NCBI GenBank assembly: GCA_965235115.1
Contig: OZ249436.1
Span: 20,896,001 to 20,960,000, forward strand
Direction of reading: 5' to 3'
DNA: 64,000 bases
Source of the DNA: Laetmonice hystrix
Lineage: Eukaryota
Part shown: in pieces, positions 1-13,569 of the stretch
How positions within the stretch are numbered: the stretch's first letter is position 1
Layout of the letters: each line of letters starts with the position of its first letter
The notes under the pieces: generated by a model
What the model was told of the DNA's origin: nothing
Databases searched by the model: none
Seen by the model: only the letters and a program-made list of their open reading frames with translations
Program-made: the position numbers and the translations under genes

Positions 1-463
1 AAACCCCGTTTGTTTTGCTATAACTTTGATCAGAAAACAGCAGACTGCTGCTTTCAGTCTTGTCTCCGTGCAAGACCAAACAGATCCCAAGGTTAACCAC
101 ACCAACAAAACCAATCTCAGATCTTACTAAAGATTACTGAGGATAAGTACGCGGTGAGTGAGTAGGCTTTTCGTGCTAGGATTATAATGTGATTTACTCT
201 CGTGCAACTTTCAATATTTTGAATGCAAAGATCTGTAGATTTAGCTGCTGCTTGCATGTCTTCTTAAACGTGAAGTATTAGGGTATTTTACAACTTACGC
301 TGGCTGTACCAGAACATCTATTTTAGTGGATTATCCTGAGATAGTAAAGGACGCAATATAATGGCTACTCCTAACCGCTCCTCGAACAGACGTTTTCTTG
401 TATCTAGGTCGAGAAGGCAGCGTCTCCGGCCGATATGAAGCGGATAACATTCTGAGGGATTTA

Positions 464-743
464 TATGGGGCGCCGTTTTAACATTTATTCCTAGTGATAT
501 CAATAAATGAACTTTCGATATCTCTAATTGAATTAGTGATATCTTTAATTCTATTTCTGATATCACTAATTCATTTAGTGATATCACTAATTCTTTTTTG
601 ATATCTCTAATTATAACTAATTTCACTACATATTTAATGATATCAACAAATGATTTAGTGATATCAAGAAATGAATTAGAGATATCAAAAATTCATTTAG
701 TGATATCTGTAAATAGGAATAAATGTTAAAATGGCGCCCCATA
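464..743. mobile_element. Non-autonomous DNA transposon (MITE), IS3EU-like
   Basis: TIR TATGGGGCGCC(G/A)TTTTAACATTTATTCC at both ends. Perfect 6-bp TSD GATTTA at 458-463 and 744-749. Internal ~21-bp GATATC-centred repeats in inverted halves. TAY..RTA termini with 6-bp TSD match the IS3EU description. Confidence 0.75.
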
Positions 744-891
744 GATTTAGACTTCAAAGTGTACGATTGGGGTGACCTGTAAGAACACTGTTTCAGAACG
801 GCGGAGTTTGCCTCTCACCATAGAGATATAATATAACAAAGGAGCGAGCGAGCAAGCATAGTGCAATATAGTTCCGGCTAACTTTACGTTA

Positions 892-2291
892 AGCCCCAGT
901 CACACAACAGGTATGACCAACTGCCGACTTCCGTCAACCACTGGTCGGTAGTTGGTTGGTTGTCAGAGGTTGTAGAGAGGTTTTTGGCAGTCTGTAAAAG
1001 GTTGTCAGTGTCCGGCAAGTGGTTGTTGGAGCATTTTGGTGTGCTGGAGGTATACGTTGCTGCATCGAAAACCTTTTGCCGGCCAAACTGGTCGGGAGAA
1101 GGTTTTTCTTGTCTTTAAGGGTAATATGTCACGAATTTCAAATAATACGTCGTGTTTCAGCAAAAATATATCTGCATTGCGGTTCTCCGATATGCCCAGA
1201 AGGTCTCCTACCTGTTTATGTAGCTTTGGCCGGTATTTTGTAAAAAAAATCGCCAATTCTTAATGCGGTCACTGAAAATAACACACTTAGATTCCGAGAC
1301 CCCGAGATTTGCAGCCGGCTGTGTTTTGCACCCTTTTCACACGATCGGCGGATGGCCCATTATAGTCCCACTATCATTTTATAGATTAGTTATTTTTACT
1401 TATATATTTATTATTTGTTTATTTATATATTTGTTATTTACTTAGATGACGGATTCATCGCACTTTGCGGACTGCAGCTAGTTTTATTTCATTTTTCCAC
1501 ATTCTGGAGAATTTCACAGCTGTCTACTCGTAGTATGTTTTAACAGAATCAGTATGAAAAACAATCAGTGCCATAAAGTACGTCAGTGGTGAGCAGGTAA
1601 GCAGAAAACTGAAGATTTCGGTCGATACCCCCGTGACATATTTCCTTTAATCGGTTGTCAGAGGGTGGGCGACAGTTCTCGGACTGATCTCAGACTCGTC
1701 TTCAGTGGTTGCCGGCTCTTGCCGAGCAGTCTTTGGTCGGCAAACTTCAGCAACTGATCGGCAACCAATTGGCGATAAATACACGATCGATCGCCGATCA
1801 TTCGCCAAACGTTCACCGAATATCGACAACCAACAACAATCACTCGGCGACCTTTTGTCTATCGTTCGTTGACCAAGTGACAGGACAGTAAATCGGTGCG
1901 CGGAGCAGCCGACAATCATTCCTTCGCTTTTCACCGAGCAATTGCCGACCATTTGCCAACATTACCACGAAAGGTCGTTCTTTAAAATCTTTAAAATCGT
2001 TAGAAGATTGCCGAGCGCCGTACAAACATCGGCAACTAATCTGCAACCAGTTGTTAATTATCGCCGATAAATCGCCGAGCAGTTGCCGACCATTTGCCAT
2101 CAGTCCTCAAAAATCTTTGATGATCGGACAATTTTCATATGACACTCGGCAACCTGTCGGACAACCAATCGGCAACTAATCGCCCAATGACATTTCTTTT
2201 GGGGTTTTGGTCGGCAGTGGTTGTCGTTGGTCGCAGCTTTTTTGGTTGTCGGAAGTCGGCAGTTGGTCGTACTTCTTGTGTGACTGGGGCT
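892..2291. mobile_element. Non-autonomous TIR DNA transposon (~1.4 kb)
   Basis: ~45-bp imperfect TIR: AGCCCCAGTCACACAA...GACCAACTGCCGACTTCCG versus CGGAAGTCGGCAGTTGGTC...TGTGTGACTGGGGCT. Flanked by TA (TTAA on the left, TTAG on the right). Interior rich in short CGACC/GTCGG motifs. Superfamily uncertain. Confidence 0.75.
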
Positions 2292-2361
2292 TAGATCTCT
2301 AAGGTAAATATTCAGAAACCTCCACAGACATTATGTCTGTGGAATATTCTGAATGGTTACT

Positions 2362-2488
<127 letters not shown>

Positions 2489-5400
2489 AATGGCTGCCCA
2501 ACAACCGCTTTTATGAAATGGTCGACAATGATGAAAGTCTGCTTGAATGTCGTCTTTCAGATAGCGGATATCTTCTATGTCAGAGCTAAACGTAGGCCCT
2601 ACCCCAAACACACAATAGCATGCCACAGTCTGTTTCCATCAAAATGTATTATAGCCATAGAATTTCCCAACTTCAAACACCGCGTTACCTCGGGAACACA
2701 CTATAGTTCTATAGGGTGTCTGGCCGCTTTGAGTCGGCAAGATGCCTATGGAGGAAGGCTGGAGATTCTTCGGATTCAAAGGAAGAGAAGCGGACAGTCA
2801 TGAAACTTGCATTGTTTAAGAACCTGAGTAACTCAAACGAGAGGTGAATGGCATGAATGCAGCAGCGCATTGCTATGGCATTTGGAGACATGCAGGCCTA
2901 TAGGAAGTGCGTGTATCCGGTGTACATATAGGAGCTATATCGGTGCAGACAATTATACTGTGCATGGGCGTATGCGAGGGGTGGGCGGTCATGGGGGCAG
3001 TTCCAGGAAATTAGAACTGTTACGATGCTTTGTTTACACTAGTGTGGCATTTTGACGTGTCAAAACTTCAAGAGGGATTTCCTGGCAAAATGGAAACAGA
3101 GCGTACGCCGAAATACGGCGTATACCATTCCCCGCTCCGATTATCAGGTTATGAGGTGTTTCTGAGTTCGTGTGGGTTTGCACTTGACCACCATAATAGT
3201 TCGCCCGAATGAAGGTGCACCGCTACCGGCGGGTAAATACGTTTGTTTAAAAGATCACATGAATATGCTCCGAAATGATCACAACTGTATGTTGATTTAG
3301 CACCATAAATATACGTTTATACATAAGTCAGACAGGCGTCTTGTGCCATTCCACACGATGTGCAAGTACCACTTTAAAGCAAGGACTGCCTAAGAATAGT
3401 GGTGGGATTATTTTCACGGCCATGCAGACTCCATGTCCACCCCATTTGCTTCTGCACAGCGCGTGTACATATCGCGGGCCAATGACCCTGGATACTGGTC
3501 ACTCTGGTATGGGACACGGTACATTGACTCCCATTGGGAATGTTTACCACCTGTATAGCAACCGACAAAATGGCGACCGAAAACCCGACGTTGGGGTACA
3601 AATGAGGAAAAAGCGACATGAAAGTCAACATTGCGATAAAAATAAAATAGCCCATGTCACATGGGAGGATATGTAGCAGACATTTCATGCAGTTTGAGGG
3701 CCGTACACTTTGATACAGAAGAGGAGATAGCCCGAGTTGCAGGAACCCTTACCGTATTATTTTACGAAGTTATCTATAAAAAGGACATGCAGGAGACGAA
3801 GTTTGGGCGGGAAACATCGATCAGGTAGGCCTGACACATGATAATCCCATTGGTATAACGTCGGGAGCGCACACATTATATCGCAGGATCGACGTCGTCT
3901 CGAACCAGGCCTGCATGCCATCTAGCTGCACCACATGGCTAACCACGTCTAAAGGCGAATAGATAAACTTGCTTTATCTATAAACTAAGGAGTCTAAGAG
4001 CCATTCTACAGAATAGGTTTTCTTATTGAAACGTGGAAAAAGGAGGTGTCGCCGTTGTGGCGGCCCCTGTATCGAACACAACCACTGCCAACAATTGGTT
4101 TTATATGGTACATATACACAAAAAAAACCGCGTGTGTGATATTATGGCATTCTGTAATATCAGCACGAGGAAAGCTGCTTTCACATGCACACGGTTTACA
4201 TTGGTTACATTATTAACAAAAACGCATGCCGCATGTCGCACGCCGCACACCGTATGCATGTGAAAGCGCCTTATACCGCGAGCAAAAATCAATGAAACTT
4301 CTTAACTGTGAGCACACAACAACAAACAGCCGAACATCGTAAACAGGACAGTGTACTTTTCAAATCGCCCTATAGGCCTATACTGTAGCAAGCTGAAGAT
4401 AAGCCTCCATTCAAGGAAATGTGAATAGGTCTAAAAGCCATTCTACACATCCAAATTAGGTTATCCTTTTAAAAAGTGGAAAAGGAGCAAGGGCCATTGT
4501 CTAAACTCAAAGTCTCGTTGTTCGGTGGGCCCCTCACTCAAACACCGCCCCTGCCTGTCTGTAGTACTTTTATATCGGCACCACGATGTCGTTTTGTATG
4601 CACTGCAGGTAATTAAGTTAAGACAAATGAGGTCGGATCCGTTCCTCGGTCGAGACGTGGGTCAGGTTTCACGGCAGAGGTGAGTTGAAACCGTCCTGTG
4701 GGGCCGGTTCAAGACGACTTTACTGAGACTCACCAACAGAAGACATCCGTTGTGTTGGCTTTACTGGCAGGGGGTGCGACCTCGTATCAGTGCAACAAAA
4801 CCTCTTTGAAGCTAAAAGCTTTATGGGGCGCAAGGCCATAATATGAGGTCAGTCTACTTACCTGAAGTAGTATAGGGACGGATTTGTGCCTACAATGATT
4901 GCATGCAGAGAGAGGGGCCACGTATCATTAGCAAGAGCATAGATTTAATACAAATTGAACTGAGCGATTGGCAGACAAAGGACGCCCTGTAAAATCTTGG
5001 AGGGTAAGTTTATTGATGTAGATATCATTCCTTGGATGTCTTGTTCTGAATAGTTCTGAATATCTTCTCCTACCGATAGTGGGGTGCTTAAAAACGCCAA
5101 AAAAAACGTAAAATTTGCTATACTATAATTCTTTTCTCACTCCAGTCAGGCCTGAAGTATGATACCCCCCGGAAGGCTCAATGGTTTACAGAGAGTATAA
5201 ACCGTCTTTGTGCTCGGCTTTGGTTGCGTTAATTTGGAAAGGAGAAAAAGAATGCAGTCAAAACTAAAGTATTCCGATGATTAGTATTATTTGTAACTTT
5301 ACAACTTTCTCGTTCATGATCCAACATCAATTCGCGTTACATAGGATGCCAAAGATGTTTTAGAAAATCGTAAAATGATTGCATTGATCCGGGGATGAAA

Positions 5401-5721
5401 TGTTGGAGCTACATGTAGGTATACTTGGGTACTCGCAGTACGATTTTGAAATGGGCGAGGGGCTTCATTTCTGGGTAAAAAGGCGGATGATTGAGTTTTT
5501 CCCATTAGCCATTTGGAGTTTATCAGAAATTGGCTTCTTTGGCTTTTGCATAATTCTGTAAATCGAACGCAAGGGCGCTTCATGCACACAAGTTTAAAAT
5601 AGTAGCTGTTTTAATAAACACTTTGTTCGCAGTTCTTTTTTAAAAACCTAACAAAGGATAAGAAACATGAAACCGGTGTACAGCTGACGCCACAAACATC
5701 ATCCAGATGTGTTCACCAGAA

Positions 5722-7635
5722 ATAATCTGCAGTCGGATTAACTGACTCAATATCACGTCATGTTATTCTTGAAGTTGGCAAGGGGGGATAATCTGAAGTC
5801 AGATTAACTGACTCAATATCACGTCATGTTATTCTTGGAGTTGGCAAGGGGGGATAATCTGAAGTCAGATTAACTGACTCAATATCACGTCATGTTATTC
5901 TTGGAGTTGGCAAGGGGGGATAATCTGCAGTCAGATTAACTGACTCAATATCACGTCATGTTATTCTAGGAGTTGGCAAGGGGGGATAATCTGCAGTCAG
6001 ATTAACTGACTCAATATCACGTCATGTTATTCTTGGAGTTGGCAAAGGGGGATAATCTGAAGTCAGATTAACTGACTCAATATCACGTCATGTTATTCTT
6101 GGAGTTGGCAAGGGGGGATAATCTGCAGTCAGATTAACTGACTCAATATCACGTCATGTTATTCTTGGAGTTGGCAAGGGGGGATAATCTGCAGTCAGAT
6201 TAACTGACTCAATATCACGTCATGTTATTCTAGGAGTTGGCAAGGGGGGATAATCTGCAGTCAGATTAACTGACTCAATATCACGTCATGTTATTCTTGG
6301 AGTTGGCAAGGGGGGATAATCTGCAGTCAGATTAACTGACTCAATATCACGTCATGTTATTCTTGGAGTTGGCAAGGGGGGATAATCTGCAGTCAGATTA
6401 ACTGACTCAATATCACGTCATGTTATTCTTGGAGTTGGCAAGGGGGGATAATCTGCAGTCAGATTAACTGACTCAATATCACGTCATGTTATTCTTGGAG
6501 TTGGCAAGGGGGGATAATCTGCAGTCAGATTAACTGACTCAATATCACGTCATGTTATTCTTGGAGTTGGCAAAGGGGGATAATCTGCAGTCAGATTAAC
6601 TGACTCAATATCACGTCATGTTATTCTTGGAGTTGGCAAGGGGGGATAATCTGCAGTCAGATTAACTGACTCAATATCACGTCATGTTATTCTTGGAGTT
6701 GGCAAAGGGGGATAATCTGCAGTCAGATTAACTGACTCAATATCACGTCATGTTATTCTTGGAGTTGGCAAGGGGGGATAATCTGCAGTCAGATTAACTG
6801 ACTCAATATCACGTCATGTTATTCTTGGAGTTGGCAAAGGGGGATAATCTGCAGTCAGATTAACTGACTCAATATCACGTCATGTTATTCTTGGAGTTGG
6901 CAAGGGGGGATAATCTGCAGTCAGATTAACTGACTCAATATCACGTCATGTTATTCTTGGAGTTGGCAAGGGGGGATAATCTGCAGTCAGATTAACTGAC
7001 TCAATATCACGTCATGTTATTCTTGGAGTTGGCAAGGGGGGATAATCTGCAGTCAGATTAACTGACTCAATATCACGTCATGTTATTCTTGGAGTTGGCA
7101 AGGGGGGATAATCTGCAGTCAGATTAACTGACTCAATATCACGTCATGTTATTCTTGGAGTTGGCAAGGGGGGATAATCTGCAGTCAGATTAACTGACTC
7201 AATATCACGTCATGTTATTCTTGGAGTTGGCAAGGGGGGATAATCTGCAGTCAGATTAACTGACTCAATATCACGTCATGTTATTCTTGGAGTTGGCAAA
7301 GGGGGATAATCTGCAGTCAGATTAACTGACTCAATATCACGTCATGTTATTCTTGGAGTTGGCAAGGGGGGATAATCTGCAGTCAGATTAACTGACTCAA
7401 TATCACGTCATGTTATTCTTGGAGTTGGCAAGGGGGATAATCTGAAGTCAGATTAACTGACTCAATATGACGTCATGTTATTCTTGGAGTTGGCAAGGGG
7501 GATAATCTGAAGTCAGATTAACTGACTCAATATGACGTCATGTTATTCTTGGAGTTGGCAAAGGGGGATAATCTGAAGTCAGATTAACTGACTCAATATG
7601 ACGTCATGTTATTCTTGGAGTTGGCAAGGGGGGAT
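5722..7635. repeat. 66-bp tandem minisatellite, ~29 near-identical copies
   Basis: Unit ATAATCTGCAGTCAGATTAACTGACTCAATATCACGTCATGTTATTCTTGGAGTTGGCAAGGGGGG; period 66 (starts at 5722, 5788, ...). Confidence 0.97.
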
Positions 7636-8535
7636 CGTATACCTATAGAACGTATGCTATTTCAAAGAGCTCATTTAGGTAGGCCTAATGGATAAAGACG
7701 CTCTCTCTCGAACTTCGAAATGATACGTAGCCGTTAACCTAAAATATATTTGCATATTATTTCTCAGCCGTCACCCATTATAGTTCTTTATACCTTTCCA
7801 TTGGGGAAACTGTAAGGTCAAGTACTCTCGAGAACTCTCCAGCAACTCGACAACGTCCGCAGTGACTCGAAAGCCCTGGCATGTTCTCTCACACTTCAGG
7901 AATATATTTCAGGAAATGATAAATTTTCGTCAGAATAAAGATGCAATGTACATGTATACGTATTGTACTATAAGTCTGTGTGTCTATGTCTCTGTAACTC
8001 TGTAATCATGTATACATTATTGTCTGTGCACCTCGTCAATGTACTGTGGAACCATGTACATGTATAAGTATTGTATTATATGTCTGTATCATGGTCTGAT
8101 GTCTGTGTCAATATGTCTACAAAAGGAAATAAAAAATACATTTAAAAAATGCAATATTTTCTCTCACTTCCCAAATCGAGAATATAAGGCTTTATTTTTT
8201 ACAACATTTTCCTTGGGAGGACCCTGTCACCAACTACTAAGGTGGGCCTTCGTCGCTTTCTTTAGGGGGGGGGGGTGCTCCACTTTTATGAAACCCTGGT
8301 TCCGCGCCTGGACACCAAGATTAGAAGCTGGTCGCTCTGACTTCACCCATAGGAACGTTGTAGCCGAAGGCTCGACGAGTTTTATGCAGGAGAACTCCCT
8401 GGTTCTATTTCAATCCGTAAGGATCGCTACTCTCCGGATAATTTAAATTCATCATCCTCCGCCAGGGGAATACGTGACGTCATGTACAGACAGGGTCAAG
8501 GTCGCGTCCCGCATGCTCTTCATCTCCGCCATTAA

Positions 8536-9804
8536 AGTAATGGCCTATTCTCGAATTTTTTCCAGTATCACACTGGTTCTGCCTTATCCTAACTGAAGAG
8601 AAACATGTAATCTTACCAGATTTGCCCCAAAAGCGATCTATTTACTCGTAATTATTGCGAAATTTGATGAGCCAACCTGCACACCCTGATCGATTCTGAA
8701 AAACTCGGCACGCGTTCTTCAGTATGGTGTTTACAATCATCCACTCACAGAAACGTGACGTCGTACACAGTTTCACTTCGAGCCAAGCACTGTCCCCCAA
8801 GATGCATTGCGCTAGACGAAAGCGAGGCTCGCACCTGCCAGTGTGGAGGGGGGGGGGGGGCTTTCCCAACGACATGCCGCTTGCATGCGCTTGCGGGCTA
8901 CTGAATCAGTGAAGAATCGTAAGAAGTAGGCCTATGCTCAGAATCAGGATAGATATAGATCGAAACTCCGCGTCTATATCGCGGCTGCTTTTAATCGCTG
9001 GGTGAATTTACGGGAAGTTATTGGCTTCCGAGCAGCTTACAATCACGTAACAATGCCGGTGTTGCTTCGCCTTCGGTGCTAGCCGGCCCTGTGCTGGCGT
9101 GTTCCCGGTATGTCCAAACCGTCATACCGCCCCGCAGAACACATTTCATCGGCCTTCGACCAGCTTAAGGCACCGGCACAAAGTAATATCATTCTTTTTA
9201 TGGAATACATTTCCAACCAGTGCCGCAGATGGTCAACCTACTACTGGTCTATAAATTTACGGCCGTGTACGGTGAGTAGGCCTACGCCGGGCGGTAGAGC
9301 CGCGGGCGGCCGGCCGGCCGGCCGCAAGGCGAGGCCCAGGCGGCAGAACAGGAGATTACAACCGGTGAATCCCTCTTATGCTGGATTGTCAACAGCAAAA
9401 CATAGCACCCTCGGAGGCCCACTCGTCCCCCCTCCTGTCTACATAATGTGAATACGACAGATATATTTCGTTGTATTATAAAATATGAGTTAGGTCTGGG
9501 CTACTTTGCTGGGTGATCGAAATAGGCTTGCTGAACGATGAGGACGCCATCTTGTTTGGCTGCGTCATCAGACACTGCGTAGAAGGTCACGTGAGGGAAT
9601 TCCCTTCAAGTTCAAATCCAATGGTGGTGGAATCATTGCACGTTTTTCTTTCGATTGATTGCGATTTTCGGTTATTCTGCAAGTAGCACGCAAGTATTGT
9701 CCCTATTGGACATGGCAAATATTTGTACACGTCTTTGGTGACATGTAGGAAGTACTATTAGAAAGTTGTTAAAATTTTCCTACATTCCACGCTATACTAT
9801 GACT
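8536..9804. mobile_element. Kolobok-like non-autonomous element (TTAA-flanked)
   Basis: TTAA at 8532-8535 and 9805-9808 with AGT..ACT ends. Segment ~9350-9804 has a diverged inverted copy at 17056-17480 ending at the same TTAA|AGTCATA terminus. Left boundary is less certain. Confidence 0.55.
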
Positions 9805-10555
9805 TTAATCATAATGTGTTCGAGTTCTGCCTGCATAAAAAGGTTTCACACGATAATGGGCACGTTTTCCTTTTCCTATACGCGCAGCTGTTATAAAATT
9901 GTTTTTGCATAAAACTTTCTATTAGTATTTGCCATAGGCCATAGGCGGATTGAAAGGGATCCAATGACATCTTATGTTAGAACAGTCCCAACTCTTTCTG
10001 ATATAGCTACCTGGATGTTTGCAAATTCATCTCAGACCAAAATGCCAATCATGTTTTGGTAGGATATCGACTCGTGTATCCGGTCGTAGATCTATACGTA
10101 AAACCGGTTTCAGTACATCGGGGCCATGCATGGTTTCGGTTTTGGCAGTAGGGGTGCGACTAAACACCAAAACCGAGCGAATTTACCTAAACCGGCTGAA
10201 AACGACCTTGGCATAGATCTATACGAGACCTCCAGATGGCAATGAAGTTGGTCAATTTCGGTCGTTTCCTGGGCAGCCCCGATCAGTTTCGGTGGGTTTA
10301 GGTGTTTAGTCCGACCGGTGATCGTGGGCGGCAATGTCAACAAGCCGGCGTAAAACGCAATCACATTTTTTACTGTCCAAGCGAAGAATGAAACCTTTGC
10401 TCGTCCAGTTTCGCTATTGTTATAGAAGTAAATGGGCTCATAATGAGGTAGATCATTGTAATATGATATCTCTGTGCAAACATGCAGGACAGGTTATCTC
10501 TGAAGAAGTTGATGTAATTGGATCCCTTAAAAACAACAGGAAAACCACAGATTTT

Positions 10556-10567
10556 TGTTGTTGTTGA

Positions 10568-10600
<33 letters not shown>

Positions 10601-10617
10601 TGCTGTTGCTGCTGTTG
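10556..10617. repeat. (TGC/TGT)n trinucleotide microsatellite
   Basis: Run of TGC and TGT triplets. Confidence 0.9.
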
Positions 10618-11070
10618 AGGATTTATGGAACCACATTGGTCACGGACTGACAATAACAATTTGTTACAGGGCCGTATAGCTAGCGGGGACAGGGGGCAGC
10701 TGCCCCCCTGGAAAACCTTGGATTTATTTCCCAGATGTCAGGAAAACGCGTAGATCTAGGCCCCCTATTTGGCCCTGTATTTCCATTTTTTTCTGGGGGA
10801 GGGCCCCCGGACCCCCCTCCCACTGATGCCTTCGCGCCTTCGGCGCTTGTATCGGGACACCCTCGGCTCCAAAATTAATGCATCCACCCTAGCCAATATA
10901 TCGACCCACTCACTGCGTTACACTACGTTCGAGGGTCGACATCATCGTCATTGAAATAAATCAAAAACACGTCCACTGAAGGAACTGCATAGATTCCTAT
11001 AAACCTAAACGCATGCCTAGTTGCCGTAACACCTGTTGAAGGTCTTCGCACTTTTTTGAGAGGAGTCGCA

Positions 11071-11207
11071 TCCTCTGTAATATATTATGGCCTCTTTTGT
11101 AAACGATGCGGCCACTTCCAAACATATTTCAGCTAGTCGCCATTATTGTGTTGTGGTGCGCATGTGCAAAGGGCACCGGTTCCGGTTCGCGCATGCGCAC
11201 CATAGCG
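11071..11207 (+). repeat. Dispersed repeat with promoter-type motifs (second copy at 61373-61512)
   Basis: Shares CTGTAATATATTA(T/C)GGCC...CGCCATT...TGCGCATGTGCAAA...GTTCCGGTTCGCGCATGCG(C/T)ACCAT with the 61.4-kb copy. Confidence 0.7.
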
Positions 11208-13356
11208 CTTGTATTTTTAAAACGAAGGCGCGTTGTTTCTGAGGGATGGCATTGCTGCACAACCATACAGTGACAATCACCCATCAAATCGACTGTGTAT
11301 TGCACGGGATTTTAGCGGAAGTATTGCGGATTAATAGGGACACTTTATTATAAGTAAGAAGGGAAACATCAGTTTTCAATCCGCATTCAAATCCGCATTC
11401 AACCCAAGGTACGTGACATTTGGGGGTTTTCCTATGGCGATGTGCACATCCTTCTCCACGGGTAGCGTTAGAAGGATGGCCACATCTAGGCCCTACATCC
11501 ACCCATGACTGCCCCCCCCCCCCCCCCATCTGCTCGACACCTCCTGAACACCAGTATTTTTGTACTTCCTTCACCACCAGAGAGAATATCACTGCTTTCT
11601 CCTCGAGCTCCTATACGTGTGTAGCATTTCAGTGTCATCAAATATACGTCAATGGTGAAGAGGTGAGCATAAATCTGGTGGTTCCAGTCGCTGAACTGCG
11701 TGATAGGTATCACCTTTAATCCCGACTGTGATAGGGGTGTTTCACTAAGCGCGTCGGACCGTCCGACCGGCGACGGACCAAACATTGCAGGCCTTACAGC
11801 CAAGCGACGGACTGTCCGTCGCCGGAACCACTCTGTACGAGGATTGGTTTAGAAAGAGGCTGATGGACGATGTTTCAAATACATGTGTGAAATGAAACAG
11901 CCTAGTACTACATATTCAAAGTTCAGTTTCCGTATGGCACATCGAACGTCCTGGCTGTCAGTGAAGGTGACGACCCAGAATTTGGTGTGACAGATCGTCG
12001 TCGCGTTTTGCTGAACCTGGCCTAGAGGACGGGCGGAAAACGTGACGGATTGATGGTAATACTAATAGATGGGGAAGGTGGCTATTCGTAATTAACCTTC
12101 TCAGAAAAAAAAAATACTTAAAGAATAAATGAATATTAAATGATAACTTAAAGTGTTGATATTGAACTTCCAAGAACCAGATCCTACACTGGCTACAGGT
12201 ACAATTTCCGGTCGTAAAATAACCATTGTCGTCACGTCACAACCATGCAGAGAATAGGAAAGTCAAACCCACGACAGCATACTTTGTGAATCTTGTTAGT
12301 CTTAGTGGTGGCTAGTACTCTGGACCTTTAAGCTTAATGGAGTATAATTTCTTTACAATCATGCCATAGTTACATGTACTTTTTAATTTGCAAATAAGAA
12401 TTCTGTTGAACTTCACAACCGCGGGATCCTATGTCTATTATTAATATGCGTTTTTCAATCAAAATATGAACTACTATGAACAAAAATTAACCCATTTCCA
12501 TAAGTTGCCCCCATTCTTAAAACACCTCAAAATTTTACATTACAGTGGAAGATACTGCCAATAAGGGAAGAATCCATAAATGAATAAATTAATGGCAAGG
12601 TCTTTGCATATTTCTAATCCCCTGTGTGCCTACACTCCTCGCTCTGTGCAGGCCTCACGACCGCACAACCGCGTGTTTTGGACGGTTAAGTGATCCTTAT
12701 ATGGAAGAGGTAATGCTTCTGGCTCGGACAATGGGATATTCGTGTCAAAAGGGAGAATCAACAGTTAAGATATTCCAGGTGGGGGTTACCAAATACTGCC
12801 GTATACCATGCTACAGAGACAGAGAAAATATATCGTGATGGCATTGCGGAGGTCATGTCCTCGTTATGAAGAAACATTCGATGTTGTGTTTTTAGCCATG
12901 CTAAATCATTCAGATATTATTCAGTTACCCAAGGCCTAAACGATATTAAGGCTTCAAAGAAATGAGAATAGATATGGAGTATTTACTTGGAACTGGTGTC
13001 TATGTATAGATGGAGGCTCCATGCACATAAATACCTATGTATCTATGTATTGATATTTTATTGTTTGTCTACCATTGAATAGATGAATAATCGACTTCAG
13101 ACTTAATTCGGTGAACGAAATCTAACACTGACATCTTTCTTTATAATTAATTTATGGATAAGCATGGATTTTATTGAAACGTATTGATTAATGCTCCCTT
13201 TGCCCTATCATGACATGCTGGAAAAATTCTCCATTCCCCTAATGAGATGATGATGTGGTTAATTCAGATATTCTTGCAATACTAGTTTTAATAGAAATCA
13301 CCAAGTCAAGGTTGTCCACTCACGAAATGTTTAGACGAGAGAACTCAGGGGATACA

Positions 13357-13569
13357 CATAGCCGTAGGAGGCCGGGGGCGGGGTCAGGGGGAATATCCCC
13401 CCCCAACAAATTGAGAGTTTTCGGGCAATCCGTCGAGGAAAAAATTGGGCAATATTGGCGAAAAAATCGGGTGAATTTTGCCCGATTTTATGATGCTAGA
13501 AAATCGGTCGTCGATTTTTCGGGCAACATCATCTTGCCCTCCAAACTAAATCGGCCCACTGAGGCTATG
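13357..13569. mobile_element. hAT-like MITE
   Basis: Short TIR CATAGCC..GGCTATG, G/C-run subterminal motifs, imperfect 6-bp flanking repeat GATACA/GCTACA. Confidence 0.5.

Noticed and set aside
318..626. Leucine-zipper-like heptad ORF
   Set aside because: Arises from the 21-bp internal repeats of the 464-743 MITE.
3990..4580. Diverged direct duplication (~3990-4110 versus ~4428-4580)
   Set aside because: Short and degenerate with no termini or TSD; not interpretable as LTRs.
4960..5009. TGT AAA ATC TTG GAG G|GTAAGT as the missing upstream exon end of GPCR-A
   Set aside because: The Cys would be 5 rather than 8 residues before the junction Val, and no ECL1/TM2 features lie upstream.
5722..7635. 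CRISPR-like regular arrays (also 17826-19038, 49901-51321, 51936-52562)
   Set aside because: Units repeat head-to-tail with no unique spacers, there are no cas genes, and the context is eukaryotic.
10370..10659. Poly-Q and poly-A ORFs
   Set aside because: Microsatellite translations without supporting domain or exon structure.
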